Source: Setoptus koraiensis
Lineage: Eukaryota > Animalia > Arthropoda
Direction: 5' to 3'
Assembly (NCBI GenBank): GCA_048013815.1
Contig: CM106585.1
Coordinates: 20,770,001-20,834,000, forward strand
Length of the DNA: 64,000 nt
The position numbers and the translations under genes are program-made. Shown one piece after another: positions 63,225-64,000 of this stretch. The notes beneath the pieces are model-generated. The model was not told the origin of the DNA. It saw only the letters and a list, made by a program, of their open reading frames with translations, and searched no databases. Numbering within the stretch: position 1 is the first letter of the stretch; the number at the start of each line of letters is the position of its first letter.

Positions 63225-64000
63225 CTAATAATATAAATACACCCCACCCACGAGTAGAAGGCGGGATCAAGAGTGTAGTGGTAGTTGCAATAGATATCGA
63301 AAACACACACACTAGACACATTTAATGAAGCTTGCAAACATTGTGAAATAGTGTGTATATTCGGCAGAGTTGACATTTCTATATCGCACAACATATCTTA
63401 TGATTCTAATATGCAAGATTTCTAACATTTTTGTTGACGTTTGTTAAAGCCAAAGATGACTTTTTCTAGTGCGAGCGAGCAAGTGACTTAGCACCACCAA
63501 CGACTATACAAGAAGAGGTCCCGATGATGACCAATTGTGTTTGATAGGATTCTTACAACGCGACGCCACTATCATCTATCTATTTTTTTATAATGCCTAC
63601 ACATAATTGGTTATTTGCATTCATTCGGATGGTAAACTAACTAAGCTAGCCATTTGTGACGAATTTCAGCTATCTTTTGGTGAGTGAAACATTTGAATTG
63701 CATGTATTTCTTTGTTGTTGTTGTTGTTTATCCAATTCGAATATTGATTGTCGTCAGTAGTCTCAGTTTTTTCGTTGCTGTTGCTGTTAATTTACAGCAG
63801 TTAACAAACAACAAAATTAAATCTCGTCTAGTGGCATTCGTTGGTTTAGCTGCTATTGCATTAGTTGTTATTTAGTTCAATTTAGTCAGTTTAATAGTCT
63901 AGTCGTTCGAGTTCGAGTTGTAGAGTCTTTAGTTAGCTTATGCTCTCTCGTTGCCTTCTCATATTGCCTGTTCTCGTCACTTATTGTGTCAGTTCTTCAA

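Overview
Eukaryotic, arthropod-type genomic DNA. The very compact, intronless housekeeping genes and the gustatory-receptor-like gene suggest a mite with a streamlined genome, but that is inference. The first ~48 kb is almost entirely non-coding and rich in microsatellites, GGGCCC motifs and short tandem arrays. It contains one clear gene: a spliced, minus-strand gustatory-receptor-like (7TM ion channel) gene at 19.6-21.9 kb. A six-exon Shaw/Kv3 potassium channel follows at 48.1-52.5 kb (+). A tight block of four intronless genes comes next: DDX49 (-), Tim13 (+), WDR12/Ytm1 (+) and a Topors-like RING E3 ligase (+). Weak evidence points to terminal exons of neighbouring genes at both window edges. 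I found no rRNA, tRNA, CRISPR array or autonomous transposon, and most short ORFs in the track look spurious. I cannot claim a new biological system. The best leads are the divergent chemoreceptor possibly nested antisense in a very long Shaw 5' intron, a recursive-splice-type S6 exon in Shaw, a strong GGGCCC excess, helically phased mini-arrays and a MITE-like inverted-repeat pair. All coordinates and counts were derived by eye.
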